DNA from: Cyanophora paradoxa CCMP329
Lineage: Eukaryota; Plantae; Glaucophyta
DNA: 64,000 nt
Direction: 5' to 3'
NCBI GenBank assembly: GCA_004431415.1
Contig: QPMI01000078.1
Span: 62,001 to 126,000 of the forward strand
Position numbers and translations under genes: made by a program. Position 1 is the stretch's first letter. Each line of letters opens with the position of its first letter. This document shows positions 12,151 through 22,747 of this stretch, piece by piece. Under the pieces are notes generated by a model. It was given only the letters and a program-made list of their open reading frames with translations, made no database searches and was not told the DNA's origin.

Positions 12151-13399
12151 ATGTCGTCGCTTCGTAGCTCCAGGTATGGCCCAATGCCGCACGGCCCCGA
12201 GCATCCCGAGGCGAGAGGACACTACCAGGCCGCTCCCGTCCCCGGGCCGTCGGGCTCGAGGGGCAGCAGGGGCGGCAAGCTCACGGCGTCGCTGTTCGAG
12301 TACCTCGTCATGACGGGCTCCTTCCTGCTCGGGGACCTCGGGACGGAGCCTCTCTACGGCGCCTTCCACAGGCGCATGGCCGCGCTCGGCTTCGACGAGC
12401 CCGTCGTGCGCGCGCGCGCGCCTCGCGGCCGCCCCGCGGCCTCCCCTCAACCGCCGGCGCAGGAGACGGTGGCGATCTTCGAGGTGCTCGGCTTCGGCGT
12501 CGGCTCCTCCATCTACCTCGCGTACGCGGCCGAGAAGGGCGACTCGGGCGGCGGGGGCGCCCGCGCGGCGCGCGCCGGGGCCGGCTTCACGCTGGCGGCC
12601 GTCCTCGCGGCGGCGCTGGCGTGCCACGCGGCGCACGTGGTCGCGGCGTGGGTCGGGCCGGACGAGGACGGCGCCCTGCCGCCCCGACCTCCGTCCCGGA
12701 GAACATCCTCGACCCGGGCGCCATCGCCGCCGCCCTCGACCCCGCCTCGCCGCCGCCGCCGCCGGCCTCGCCCGGCGACGGCCTCAGGGCGGACGAGGCG
12801 CGGCACGTGGCCGTCGTCGGCGCCGCGACGGTCCTCGTCGAGCCGGCCATCCACGTGCGCGATGTTTCCATGTTGGAGAGATTCGTCCCTCGATCCGCGC
12901 TTGACCCGCTCCGGGCCGCCCCGCCGCCGCGCAGGGCCTGGTGTTCGCGGGGACGTTCGTGCGGCGGGTGGCGGCGCGGGCGGGGGCGGCCTGGGCGCTC
13001 CTCTTCTGCCCGCTGGTGTCGCCGCTGGGGGACGCGCTGGCGATCCGCGGCCTGGCGCACCTCGAGGCGGCGACGCGGGGCCTGCAGCCCGAGCCGGAGT
13101 ACTCGGGGGGCCTCCCCCAGTCCGGGGACGCGGGGGCGGCGGCGGAGGAGGCGTGGGAGCGGGCGCGGGAGGAGGCGGCGGAGCGGGCGTGGGAGGAGGC
13201 GACGGACCCGCGCCGCGTGGCGCTGGACGTCGTCGAGGGCCTCGCCCTCGCCTCCGTCTACCTCGCCACCCGCCGGCCCCTCGCCCCCGCCGCCGCCTGC
13301 GTCCTCGTCTCCCTCTCCCTCTGGCTCCGCCGCATCGATATCCAGATCGGGCGCGCCCGCCGGCCCCCGCACCCCGATCGCGACCCGCCAGCCCCGTGA
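12151..13399 (+). CDS. Multi-pass membrane protein, CPBP/Abi (type II CAAX protease-like) fold with degenerate catalytic motifs
   Basis: Several hydrophobic segments. VLVEPAIH|GLVFAGTFVRRVAARAGAAWALL and EGLALASVYLATRRPLAPAAACVLVSL align in pattern with CPBP 'APIxEELLFRG..' and 'GLxLGxLYxxTGSLWxPIxxH'. Apparent 1-nt frameshift in a C-run near 12685. Confidence 0.5.
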
Positions 13400-13641
13400 T
13401 CGAGCATGTTCGTACGAATCGGACTCTGGCTAGGCAGCGGGCCGAACTCGGGGCGAAAGAAATGCTAGGGGGTTTGCGGCACCAGCGCCTCCTTCAATTC
13501 AAGAACAACCTACGTCTAATTAGCTCATCTAAACCTGCGACTAGCACGGCAAACGGTCGCCGAAGTGCGAAGCCGAGTCGATCAGCCCCGGAGAGCGGGC
13601 TCTGTACACGTGAGAATGGCATCCAGGCCCCCGGGGTGCGC

Positions 13642-14747
13642 TTAAGAGCCACGCCCGCGGCCGCGGAAGCCGCCGCCGCCGCCACCGCCGCGGAAGCCGC
13701 CTGCAGTGAGCGGCGAATGTCAAACACGGGTTGGTAAAGGGGAAAATGAGCAGCGCACCACCGCCCCGGCCGCCGCCACCCCGCCCGCCAAAGCCGCCGC
13801 CTCCGCCCCGCCCGCCAAAGCCGCCGCCTCCGCCCGGCCGCCGAAGCCGCCGCCGCCGCCCGGCCGCCGAAGCCGCCGCCCGGCCGCCGCCACGGCCGCC
13901 GCCCCGCCCTGCGCAGCCGCCGGGTCAGCCGTGCGGAGAGCTGCGAGAGGTACGCGGCAAGCCAGCTCACCGCCACGCCCGCCGCGGCCGCCAGCGCCAC
14001 TGAGGACGCGAGGCAAGATGAGCTGCAGGGAGAGCAACGGGCCGACTCGACGCGGGGACGCACCCGGCAGGCTTGGGCTGCGGCAGGAACCGCTGCAAGG
14101 GGAGCAGCTTTTCGGGGTTGATGTAGAACTTGTCCCCCGCGCTGTAAGAAGTGGCGACGACGCCCTCCGTGGGCTTAATCGTGAACATCTGCGTGGCTAG
14201 CGTTGGGGGGCGCCAGCGCAGGCCGCGCCGGGGATGGCTCACCACTTCGTTGATCGGGCCAAACACCTCCTCAATCTTGCCGATCTGTGTCTTGTTCTCC
14301 AGGTAGATGGGCGCGTTGAAGTGCGGGATCTTGTCGATCGACGACTTGCAGACCATCTCGCCCTCGCAAGGGTGCTGGAAGACGCCCAGCTCTGTAGCGG
14401 GGTCAGTGGGCGTGATCCGCGGGATCGCTTGCCTTTCCCTGCGCACCTATGACCGAATCGGGCGGGCCCTGGTCATACCAGCCGCCGCCACCGCCGCCGC
14501 CGCCGCCGCGACCGCCCCGGAAGCCGCCACCACGGCCACCGCCGCCGCCGCGACCGCCTCCCCCGCGGAAACCGCCCCTACCACCACCCGCGCCTCTGCG
14601 ATTGCGAAAGAGAGCAGAACTGAGCGAAGGCCCGGCCACTGGGGAGTTGCTGATCGCGCGAGCCCGGGGCAGCGGGGCGAGGTAGCGACCCGTCCGAAGC
14701 CGACAGACGAACTTTAAAAGCAGGAAGGCGCACCTCGGCGGTCTCAT
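13642..14747 (-). CDS. GAR1: H/ACA snoRNP subunit GAR1
   Basis: RGG-rich N- and C-terminal regions flank [98 protein letters not shown]. Confidence 0.96.
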
Positions 14748-15174
14748 TCTCGCAAGGTTGTTGTGCTCTTCGGTCGCGTCGACTTCACCGCACTACCGGT
14801 ACCCCCCTGAAATTGCCTTCGACTTTCTTGCTCACGGTTTGGCCATTCAGCGCTCCCGGCGTGCCCATCATCGGCACACCGCTTACGAAACGCAGCTCTC
14901 TACGCAGAGGGAACGCCGTTGACACAGGAGGGGCGAGGCGGACAGGCGCTCCTCTGCGGCCTCATTCTCGAAGCACGGAGGGTCGATAGGCACGCTGGAC
15001 TCGCAAAACAGCAAGCGGAAGGCCTCTTCAATGTTCGGCAAGCGCACGGGCAGCGGCGCTCCGCACCAGCGTGCGTTCGCATCACCCGGCTCGCGGGCTC
15101 GCGCCCGCACGCGCAGCCTGACACGGTTTGCAGGGGCGCTGAAGCGGGACCCGCCGCCATTCGCTCCCGCGCCC

Positions 15175-15372
15175 ATGGCTATCGATGACGGCGACTCGTA
15201 TATGGACGGCGACGGAGACGATGCTGTCATGATGGAGAGCATGGAGGGGCCGCAGGAGAAGCTCATCGACCAGGACTTCTTCAACAGTGAGTCTGCTTGC
15301 TCATCGCGCAGTGCGCCCTCTGACCGCTGTGCAGAGTTCGACGACGACTTCGACGACGAGGACCTCTCGTGA
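15175..15372 (+). CDS. COPS9: COP9 signalosome subunit 9 (CSNAP/MYEOV2-like) acidic microprotein; 2 exons (intron 15287-15334)
   Basis: Spliced product MAIDDGDSYMDGDGDDAVMMESMEGPQEKLIDQDFFNKFDDDFDDEDLS* ends in the CSNAP-type DFFNxFxDxFDDxD motif; canonical GT-AG intron of 48 nt. Confidence 0.85.
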   Translation: MAIDDGDSYMDGDGDDAVMMESMEGPQEKLIDQDFFNSESACSSRSAPSDRCAEFDDDFDDEDLS

Positions 15373-15780
15373 GCCCCGATGTGCTGCGGCCAGTGGGCGC
15401 TTTCACGTGGGCTTGTATGGCTGGGGGTTTGCCAAGGCGTGCAATACTCTCGAAAGTAGGCTGTGCCCCATTCTTCGAGGCATTCGCAGCTTAGATCTAG
15501 ACTAGTTTCTCACAGGTTGGTAGTGTTTAGTGGTCCTTTAGCTATATAGTGAATACACTAAAGTCGCTAACGCGCGGGACGTCCCTCCAAGTCGGTTTGG
15601 ATTGACGTGCGACCCCGGATTGTTAGATCACAGCGGATGCGTTAAGCTGGTCTTCACGGAGCCAATGAGTATGAAAGAACTTCTTCTATACAAGCAGAGG
15701 ATGTAGGCAAAGGTGGGCGGGAGTTGGGCGGCGGAGGAGGGCGCGAGGGTAAGGAGGGTTGGGTTCGAGATGCACCGGCT

Positions 15781-16341
15781 CTAGCTAGGGCCCGCCGCAG
15801 CAGAGGGGGCGGTTCTTTGCCGTGAGGCCTGCACTTGCGACAGCTCCTGATCCAGCATGTCCGCATCGAGGCTTGCTGCTGTCAACTGCAGTCGTCGATG
15901 TTAGCGAAGGACTGCCGCCTACAAAGGTGTCGCGCGGGGCCCTAGCGTTCACGCATAGCTGCGGATTAACACCTTCTAATGCTTTGCACTGTCTTCCTAG
16001 TTCCCCGCGCGCTGACGAGCTCGGGACATCACGCACCATGTCGAGCAGCAGCTGATTCTTGAATTCCAGCAGGCGGTTCTGGTCCTTGAGCTCCTTGTTT
16101 TCCTTCCGCAACCTTAGGATCTCGCTCTGTACGTCCTGTGGGTCCCGGGGCTCTGCGGCGCTCGTCTGAGTTTCAAATTGGACGGTCGGCAGGAACGCGC
16201 ACCCGCTTTCCAGTCTCCACTCTCAAACCAGAGCTCATGCTCGTTGAGCTTCATTGGAATAGGCGTCGCTATCGTGGGAAGGCCTTCCTGCGGATGCCGC
16301 CGCTTCTTGCTTTTGAACAGCTTCATGAGCGCGTTCGTCAT
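15781..16341 (-). CDS. CBY1: Chibby-family basal body/ciliary coiled-coil protein; 3 exons
   Basis: PIPMKLNEHELWFESGDWKA resembles Chibby PTMNLAGQSLKFENGQWIA. It is followed by the coiled coil LRKENKELKDQNRLLEFKNQLLLDM|LTAASLDADMLDQELSQVQ. Confidence 0.8.
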
Positions 16342-16654
16342 TTCTGCGGCTGCTGGCAACTTTGCGTGCTGCTCACTGCGAAGACCTACACGCTAGCCAG
16401 CGATCTGTGCGCTTGCAGCGATCGAGTGCTGTAGCCCGCTCGCGTTCGTTCCCGGGCATGGGGGGGGAGAACAACTGGGGGGGTGCTACCAGCGAATGAT
16501 CACGCGCACGTGCGTAGTGTGCCCGCGTGCGCATGCGGCGTCACACGGACGCGTGCAGGTCGAACGACCTCCCGCGCGCCTCGCTTATTCTCTCATTCGC
16601 ACCTTCGCTCTCCGCCTTCACGCAGTGCCCCTCCGCTCTCAACCCTAGCGCACC

Positions 16655-17311
16655 ATGGCGGCGTTCTTCTTCCCCTCGCCTGTGCCCGTGCCCGTCCCGG
16701 TGCCGGTGCCTGTGCCGAACCCGTGGATTCGACGCGGCGTTGCCTCGTCCTCGGCGAGCCCTGCGCCGCTGCGCTCGAGCTTCGCCGGGCGGCAGCTGCG
16801 GCCGCAGCCGGCGCAGAGCTTCGAGCCGGCCACTCCGATCCGCCGGGTGAGAAACGCGCTTTTCTATCTATCTCATGTCCGTTGCTTACGCGCGGTGCGC
16901 AGTTCGAGGCGATTGAGGCGAAGGCGCCGCGGCGGGCGCCGGTCGACCCGGAGGCGATCCCGCCGATCTCGCAGGCCATCCCGACGCGGCTGAACATCAA
17001 TCCGGCGGGGACCGGCCGGTTCGGCTTCGGCAGCAATTCGGAGCTGTGGAACGGGCGGCTGGCGATGCTCGGGCTCGTGGCGGGCCTCGGCCAGGAGGCG
17101 GTTACGGGCCAGGGCATCTTCACGCAGATCGGCCTCGACCGGTGCGGGGCGCCGGCTGCTGCGCGGCGCAGGCGGCTGCTGACGGGGCGGGGCGCGCAGG
17201 CCGCTCGACAAGCTGCTGGTGCTGCTCGCGCTGCTCGGCGTCTCGGCGGCGACCTCCATCGGCTACATCGCCATCAACACCGCCGACCGCGCCCCGCAGG
17301 AGGAGCCCTGA
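16655..17311 (+). CDS. Two-helix LHC-like protein (SEP/HLIP family) with plastid transit peptide; introns ~16847-16902 and ~17142-17199
   Basis: FGFGSNSELWNGRLAMLGLVAGLGQEAVTGQGIFTQIG is the chlorophyll-binding ExxNGRxAMLG motif. Second hydrophobic helix LLVLLALLGVSAATSIGYIAI. N-terminus MAAFF..RSSFAGRQLR. Confidence 0.92.
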
Positions 17312-17664
17312 ACGCCCGCCCTCGGGCTCGCTATATCTTTCCCGTAGCGCATAGCGCTTAGGCCTTTCGGTAGGTAGCATCAGTCGTGGGGTCCCGTAGT
17401 TTCCTTGCAATTGCACAGTTTTGATTTTGAATTTTGCCTTTTTGCTTCCCGTCTCTTCGATCTTGTCCGTGGTTTCAAGGAATGAATCATGATATCATTC
17501 TGCAATTCCGTTCATCCAACAGGCGTAATCGTGGGGGGAGAAGGGTGGGAGTGAGCAGGGCATCTCTTGGGAGAGGGCAAGAGGCTGGGTCGAGAGCGGC
17601 TAGGGGGATCGGCGCAACTTAATTTCGATGGAAGAGGGCAGGGAGGGTCGGGGCCCCGGAGCAG

Positions 17665-19784
17665 CTACGGCGCGGCTCCGGAGGCGAGGGGGTACGCCCA
17701 ATCGAGCCAGGGGAGGAGCCGGCGCACGTCCTCCGCCTCCACCGTCGCCCCGCACCTGCGTACCCCTCGGCCCCTTCCCGGGCCCGGGAGGGGGGGATGG
17801 GGCGGGAGGGGCCGGGCACCAGATGCGGAGGCCGGGGGGCGCGTCCCGATAGGCTCCGATGTCGTACGCCACCCTGCGGGGTGCCGGGCCCGCTGAGGGC
17901 GGGGGCGGGGGGATCGATCGAACGGGGAGTACGTACCCCTCCTCCTCGAGGAGGGCGACCATGCGCTTGGCCGTCGCTGCGGGTTCCGCCGCCTCTGGCA
18001 GCCGCAGGCACACACTCTGCGCCCTCGGTTCAAGAGGCGAAGGAAAGAAGGCCCAAGAGAAGAGAGGGGGAGGGGGGTACGGGCGCACGGTGGGGGAGCG
18101 GGTGGCGGGGTCGGAGGCGAGGAAGTCGGCCCAGGGGGTACGTGCGACCCAGGCCTCGACGGCCTCGAAGCTGCGGCGGGTGCGGGCGGCGAGGGCCGCC
18201 GCGCCGCCCTCCGCCTCCGCCCACCGCAGCGCGTCCAAGTAGTCCTGCGAAGCTGAGCTTAGCTAAGAGCTTAGCTTAGCTGCGAGGGGAGGGAGGGGCG
18301 GGCGGGCCTCGACGGCGAGCATGGAGGGCGTGTTGAGGACGGCGGCGCGCTCGAAGAGGTCGCGGGCGAGCCGCCCGCCCCGCGCAAGCCGCAGCAGCCG
18401 CGGCACCGGCCACGCCGGCGCGTGCGACTCCAGCCGCTCCACCGCCCGCGGGCTCAGCACCAGCACCCTGCCCGCCGCTAGCGCTCAGCCAAAGTAGGAT
18501 AGGGCAGAGAACGACCCGAGGGGCGGGCGGGGGCGCGGGCACCCGTGCGCGGCCTCGCCGCCGAGGGCCTTCTGCCAGCTGAACGTGAGGGCGTCGACCT
18601 GCGCAGGCGGCCGCCGCGTGAGCCGCGCCGCGCTGAGAGAACAAGAAGGGCGCGCCTTGGCCCAGTCGAGGGGGAGGGAGAAGACGGCGGAGGTGGCGTC
18701 GCAGAGGACGAGCCCGGCGCGGTCCGCGGGCACCCACTCCAGCCCCGGCACCATCACCCTGGAGGCCAACCGCTTAGCCCGGGCGGGCCGGCCGGGCCAA
18801 TGGGAGCCTGACCCGCTGGTGGTGCCGTTGTAGGGGAAGACGAGATCCGCCTCCCCCGCCCGCACCTTTGCGGGGCTCAGCGGACGCAAGGGAGGGGCGG
18901 GCGGGCGGAGGGGAAGGGGCGCGGGCGGGCGGGCACGGCGGAGAGGTCGGGCAGGGCGCCGTAGGGCGCCCCGTGCTCCCGCACCTGCCACCCGCACTCA
19001 GCTCCGCTTCGAACAACAAAGGCCGGGGAAGCGGGCGGGCACGTCGGGGAGGCGGAGCTCGTTGACGACGTCGTCGCGCCACGCGGCGCCGAAGCTCTCC
19101 CAGTGGAGCACGTCCACGGGGCGGGGGCCCAGCAGGTTCCACAGCGCCGCCTCGAACGCCCCCGTGTCGCTGCCGGGGAGGATGCCCACCAGGTAGTCAT
19201 CCGGGATGCCCAGCACGGCCCGCGTCCGCTCGCAGGCCTCCATCAGCCGCGCCTGGCCCGCCTTCGAGCGGTGCGAGCGCCCCAGCAGCGCCCCCGAGAG
19301 CGCCCCGAGGCTGTAGCCAGGCCGCTTCGAGCACGGCCCTGTCGCCGCGATCTCATCGGCGCCACGGGCGGGACGGGCGCCGGCGGCGGTGCGCGGGCCG
19401 CACCAGAGCCGAAGCAAGGGTTCGCCGGCCGAACGGTTGGCTTGGGCGCGGATGTCGAGGCCTCAGCGCGAGCCTGCACGTGCGGCAGTTCAGACGTCCG
19501 AGCGCGCTGGACTAGAGGGACGCGCGGCGCATGCGCACCGGGCCCGGCTGCGGCGGCACATCGACGCGGTCGGCGCCGACCGCGCGCCTCCTCGCGCGTA
19601 CGCCCTCGCCCAGAAACGACTGTCGCGCCGCAACGTCGGCGAGCGGCTGCCGGTGCGCCCGCTTCGAGCTGTGCCTCTCGGCTCTTGCTGCTGGCCTCGC
19701 CGCGCACTGGTTCGGCTGCCACGACGATGGCAAGCCGCGCGGCGAGCTGCACGCGGCGCAGAGGGCCGCGCTGAAGCCGGCCAT
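17665..19784 (-). CDS. serC: Phosphoserine aminotransferase, alphaproteobacterial/Methanosarcina type, with putative transit peptide; multi-exon
   Basis: [86 protein letters not shown] (PLP lysine), [41 protein letters not shown]. Confidence 0.95.
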
Positions 19785-19918
19785 TCGATCGAAGGGGGGT
19801 AGTGGGAAAGAAGAGGACGAGGTCGCTAGCTGCACTCGCCAGCGCGCCGCCAAATCGCGAAGAAGAGGCGCGAAAGCGAGCAGCGCCCGTCTAGGCCGCG
19901 TACAGCGTCGTCGGCGGA

Positions 19919-22696
19919 ATGACGACGCGGGAGATCGGATTCGACAACGAGGGGCTGCGCAAGGCGCAGCTGCAGCTGGCGAACGTGATCAGCGAGCGGC
20001 GCGGCCAGATCCAGCAGCTGCGCAAGTGCGCCGCCCTCATCGCGACCCGCCGCTCGGCCCGCCGCGGCCCGGCTGACGTGCGGAGCCGCGGCGGTGTGCG
20101 CACAGGTACGCGGATGAGTATCGGGAGATCAAGAGCACGCTCCTCGACCTCCCGAAGCGCACCCGCTACAGCGTCATGGTGCGCTGCGCCGCGCCGCCCT
20201 CGGGGCGCGCCGGGGGCGGCGCCGAGCGCGTCTCAGGTGCCGCTGAGCTCGGTGGCGTTCATGCCGGGGCGACTGGTGCACACGAACGAGGTCATGTGCC
20301 TGCTGGGCGAGAACATCTTCGCGGAGCGGACGGCGGCGCAGGCGGCCGACATCGCGCAGCGGCGCCTCGAGTGTGCGCGCCGCTCCGCCGCCTCCGCGCG
20401 AGCCGCGCGCACCCGGCGCGGCCGACGCGACGCGGGCGCGCCGCGCGCGCAGTCGTCGAAAGCCAGATCAAGGAGGGGGAGGCGGCGGTGCGGGAGCTGC
20501 AGAAGCGCATCGAGCGCGCGGGCCAGGCCCTCGCCGCCTCAAAGGTGCCGCACCCGCCCCGCCCAGCGCGGAGCGCTAGCTAGCCCCGCGGCCCGGCCGA
20601 GCCCGCCGCAGGAGCTGAACCCCGACGGGGCTGTCGAGATCCGCGAGGAGTACGTCTCTGACGAGGAGGGGGAGGAGATGGCCAGGGGGGGTACAGCACC
20701 AGCGGGGGCGAAGGCCGCAGCCCCCGCGGCGGCCCCTGCGGAGCGCAAGTTCACGCCGACGGTGCCGGTGCGGCCGGCGGGCGCCGCCAAGGCCGGCCGG
20801 GGGGCGGGGGCGGATGCGGGGGCGGGGGCGGTACCCCCCGCGAGCGGCGAGAAGGCATCCCAGAAGGACGCCGTCTCCAAAGAGCCTACCCCCGGTTCGC
20901 CTCCTCCCTCTCTTGCTTCGCCCGGCCTCCCGTTCGTCCGCCTCAGAGGGGGCTCACCGGCGGCGGCGCAGGGGAGGCGGATCGGGCGCTAGCGGGACCG
21001 GAGGGTGCCCCGGGCCCGCATCAAGCCGGGCAAGCGCCCAAGGGGACCGGCAAGGGCAAGGGCAAGGGCGCCGGGAAGGGCGGCGAGGGCAAGGGCGGGG
21101 CGATGAAGCCGGCCGAGGTACGCTTGCCCCCCGCCCGCCCGCAGCCGCGCAGGCCCGAGCTCACGCTTGCCGCAGGCGCCGCGGCCCGTGCTCGGCGACG
21201 TGAAGGAGCGGGAGGAAGCCCCTCGTCCCATGGCCGTGCGGTCTCTTCGCCCACCCACCCCGGCGCCCATCCCGATGCAGGCGGCCTGACGGGGCGGGGC
21301 GGGGCGGGGGCAGGGAGACGGCCGGGCGCCGCTGATCGGGGCCGGGGCGTGGGACGCGGAGTGGGAGGCCCGCATGAAGCTCCTGGAGGAGCTGGAGGCG
21401 GCAGAGGAGGAGGAGGAGCAACAGGAGCGCCTCCGCAAGGCCGAGGAGAAGGCAAAGGTACGCCGCGCCCGGCCGCTGTTCACGAGGCTGTTCACAAGAC
21501 TGAGCGTGTCCGCAGGCGCGGGAGAAGGCGGCGAAGGCGAAGGAGGCGGCGCGGCCGGGGGCGGCCGCGCGCATCCCGGAGCCGGGGCAGAGGAGGCGCG
21601 CCCGGCCGGCCGCAGCTTGGGCTCCGCTCCGCCGCGCGACTCGGGGCTGACGTCTTGGGCGCGCAGAGGGGAGGCAGAAGACGAGAGCGAAGAGGAGGAG
21701 GAGGAGGAGGGGGAAGAAGAAGAAGAAGACTCGTGGTCGAGCTGGGTGCGGTCGCTCCACGCCCCCACTTCCCGACGCTCACGATGCCGCAGCGGCGGCG
21801 CATGATGGAGGAGGCGGAAGAGGAGGACGAGGAGGACGAGGACGATGAGGACGAGGACGAGGACGGAGGCGGGGCGCGGGGGACGGGCCTGGACGGTCTT
21901 CCAAGCGACTCGGAGGAGGACGAGGAAGAAGAGGAGAAGCGGCGCCGCCCCGCGCGCCGACACCCGCAGCAGCAGCAGCAGCAGCGGAAGCGCCCAGGCC
22001 CGCGCCCCCGGCCCCTCTCGAACACAGCGCCCCTGACCTCTCTATTCCTCGCTACGCAGAGGCGGCGCGGGCAGCGGCGGCGGCTGCAGCGGGGCCGGGG
22101 GTGGGGGGCGCGGCGGCGGCGGGGGAGGGGCCGGCGCCGACGCCGCGGCGGAAGAGCGTGCAGTGGGCGGAGGAGCTGGAGGCACCCCCTCGGGGCCCGC
22201 CGCCGCCTCTGCCGCTGGCGCCTCTGCTGCCGTGCGCCGCCTCCCGCTCGCTCTTCGCGTTGGGCTGAGGCTCGCCGCGTGCACGTGCGCAGGCGGCACC
22301 GCCTGCGTTCACCAACCCTGGAGAGATCTTCGAGGTGCGGCGCGGCCCCTCGCCCTAGCCTCCCCTCACCCGCTGACCGCGGCCGCCCGACCCCGCAGCG
22401 CGTCATGGGCGGGAGCGCCGGCGCAGGGCCGGAGCGGAAGGGGCGGCGCCGGCGGCGGCGCCGAAGGGCGTGCTGCGGCCGCCGCGGAGCTCGCACGTGC
22501 CGCCGCCGCCGGTGGAGGCGCTGCAGGAGCGCGTGCAGGAGCGGCGGCCGCCCTCGCCCCCGGCCCCGGCGCCCGCGCGCGCCGCCGTCTCCGGAGCCGT
22601 CGTCGAGCGGGCGGCCCGGCCTCGGCCCCGGCCCCGGCGGCCTCGCCCGCCAAGCCCGTCAGCAAGTTCATGCAGGCGCGGCGCGGCGGGCAGTAG
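19919..22696 (+). CDS. URI1: Unconventional prefoldin RPB5 interactor (URI1/Bud27-like); multi-exon
   Basis: Prefoldin-alpha domain LLDLPKRTRYSVM|VPLSSVAFMPGRLVHTNEVMCLLGENIFAERTAAQAADIAQRR, then VEIREEY, long acidic/low-complexity tracts, and the C-terminal URI box KPVSKFMQARR*. Confidence 0.88.
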
Positions 22697-22747
22697 TAGC
22701 GGCGGGGAGTAGCCGGGGACCTGCCTGGGCCCTCTTTCTTTCATTCA

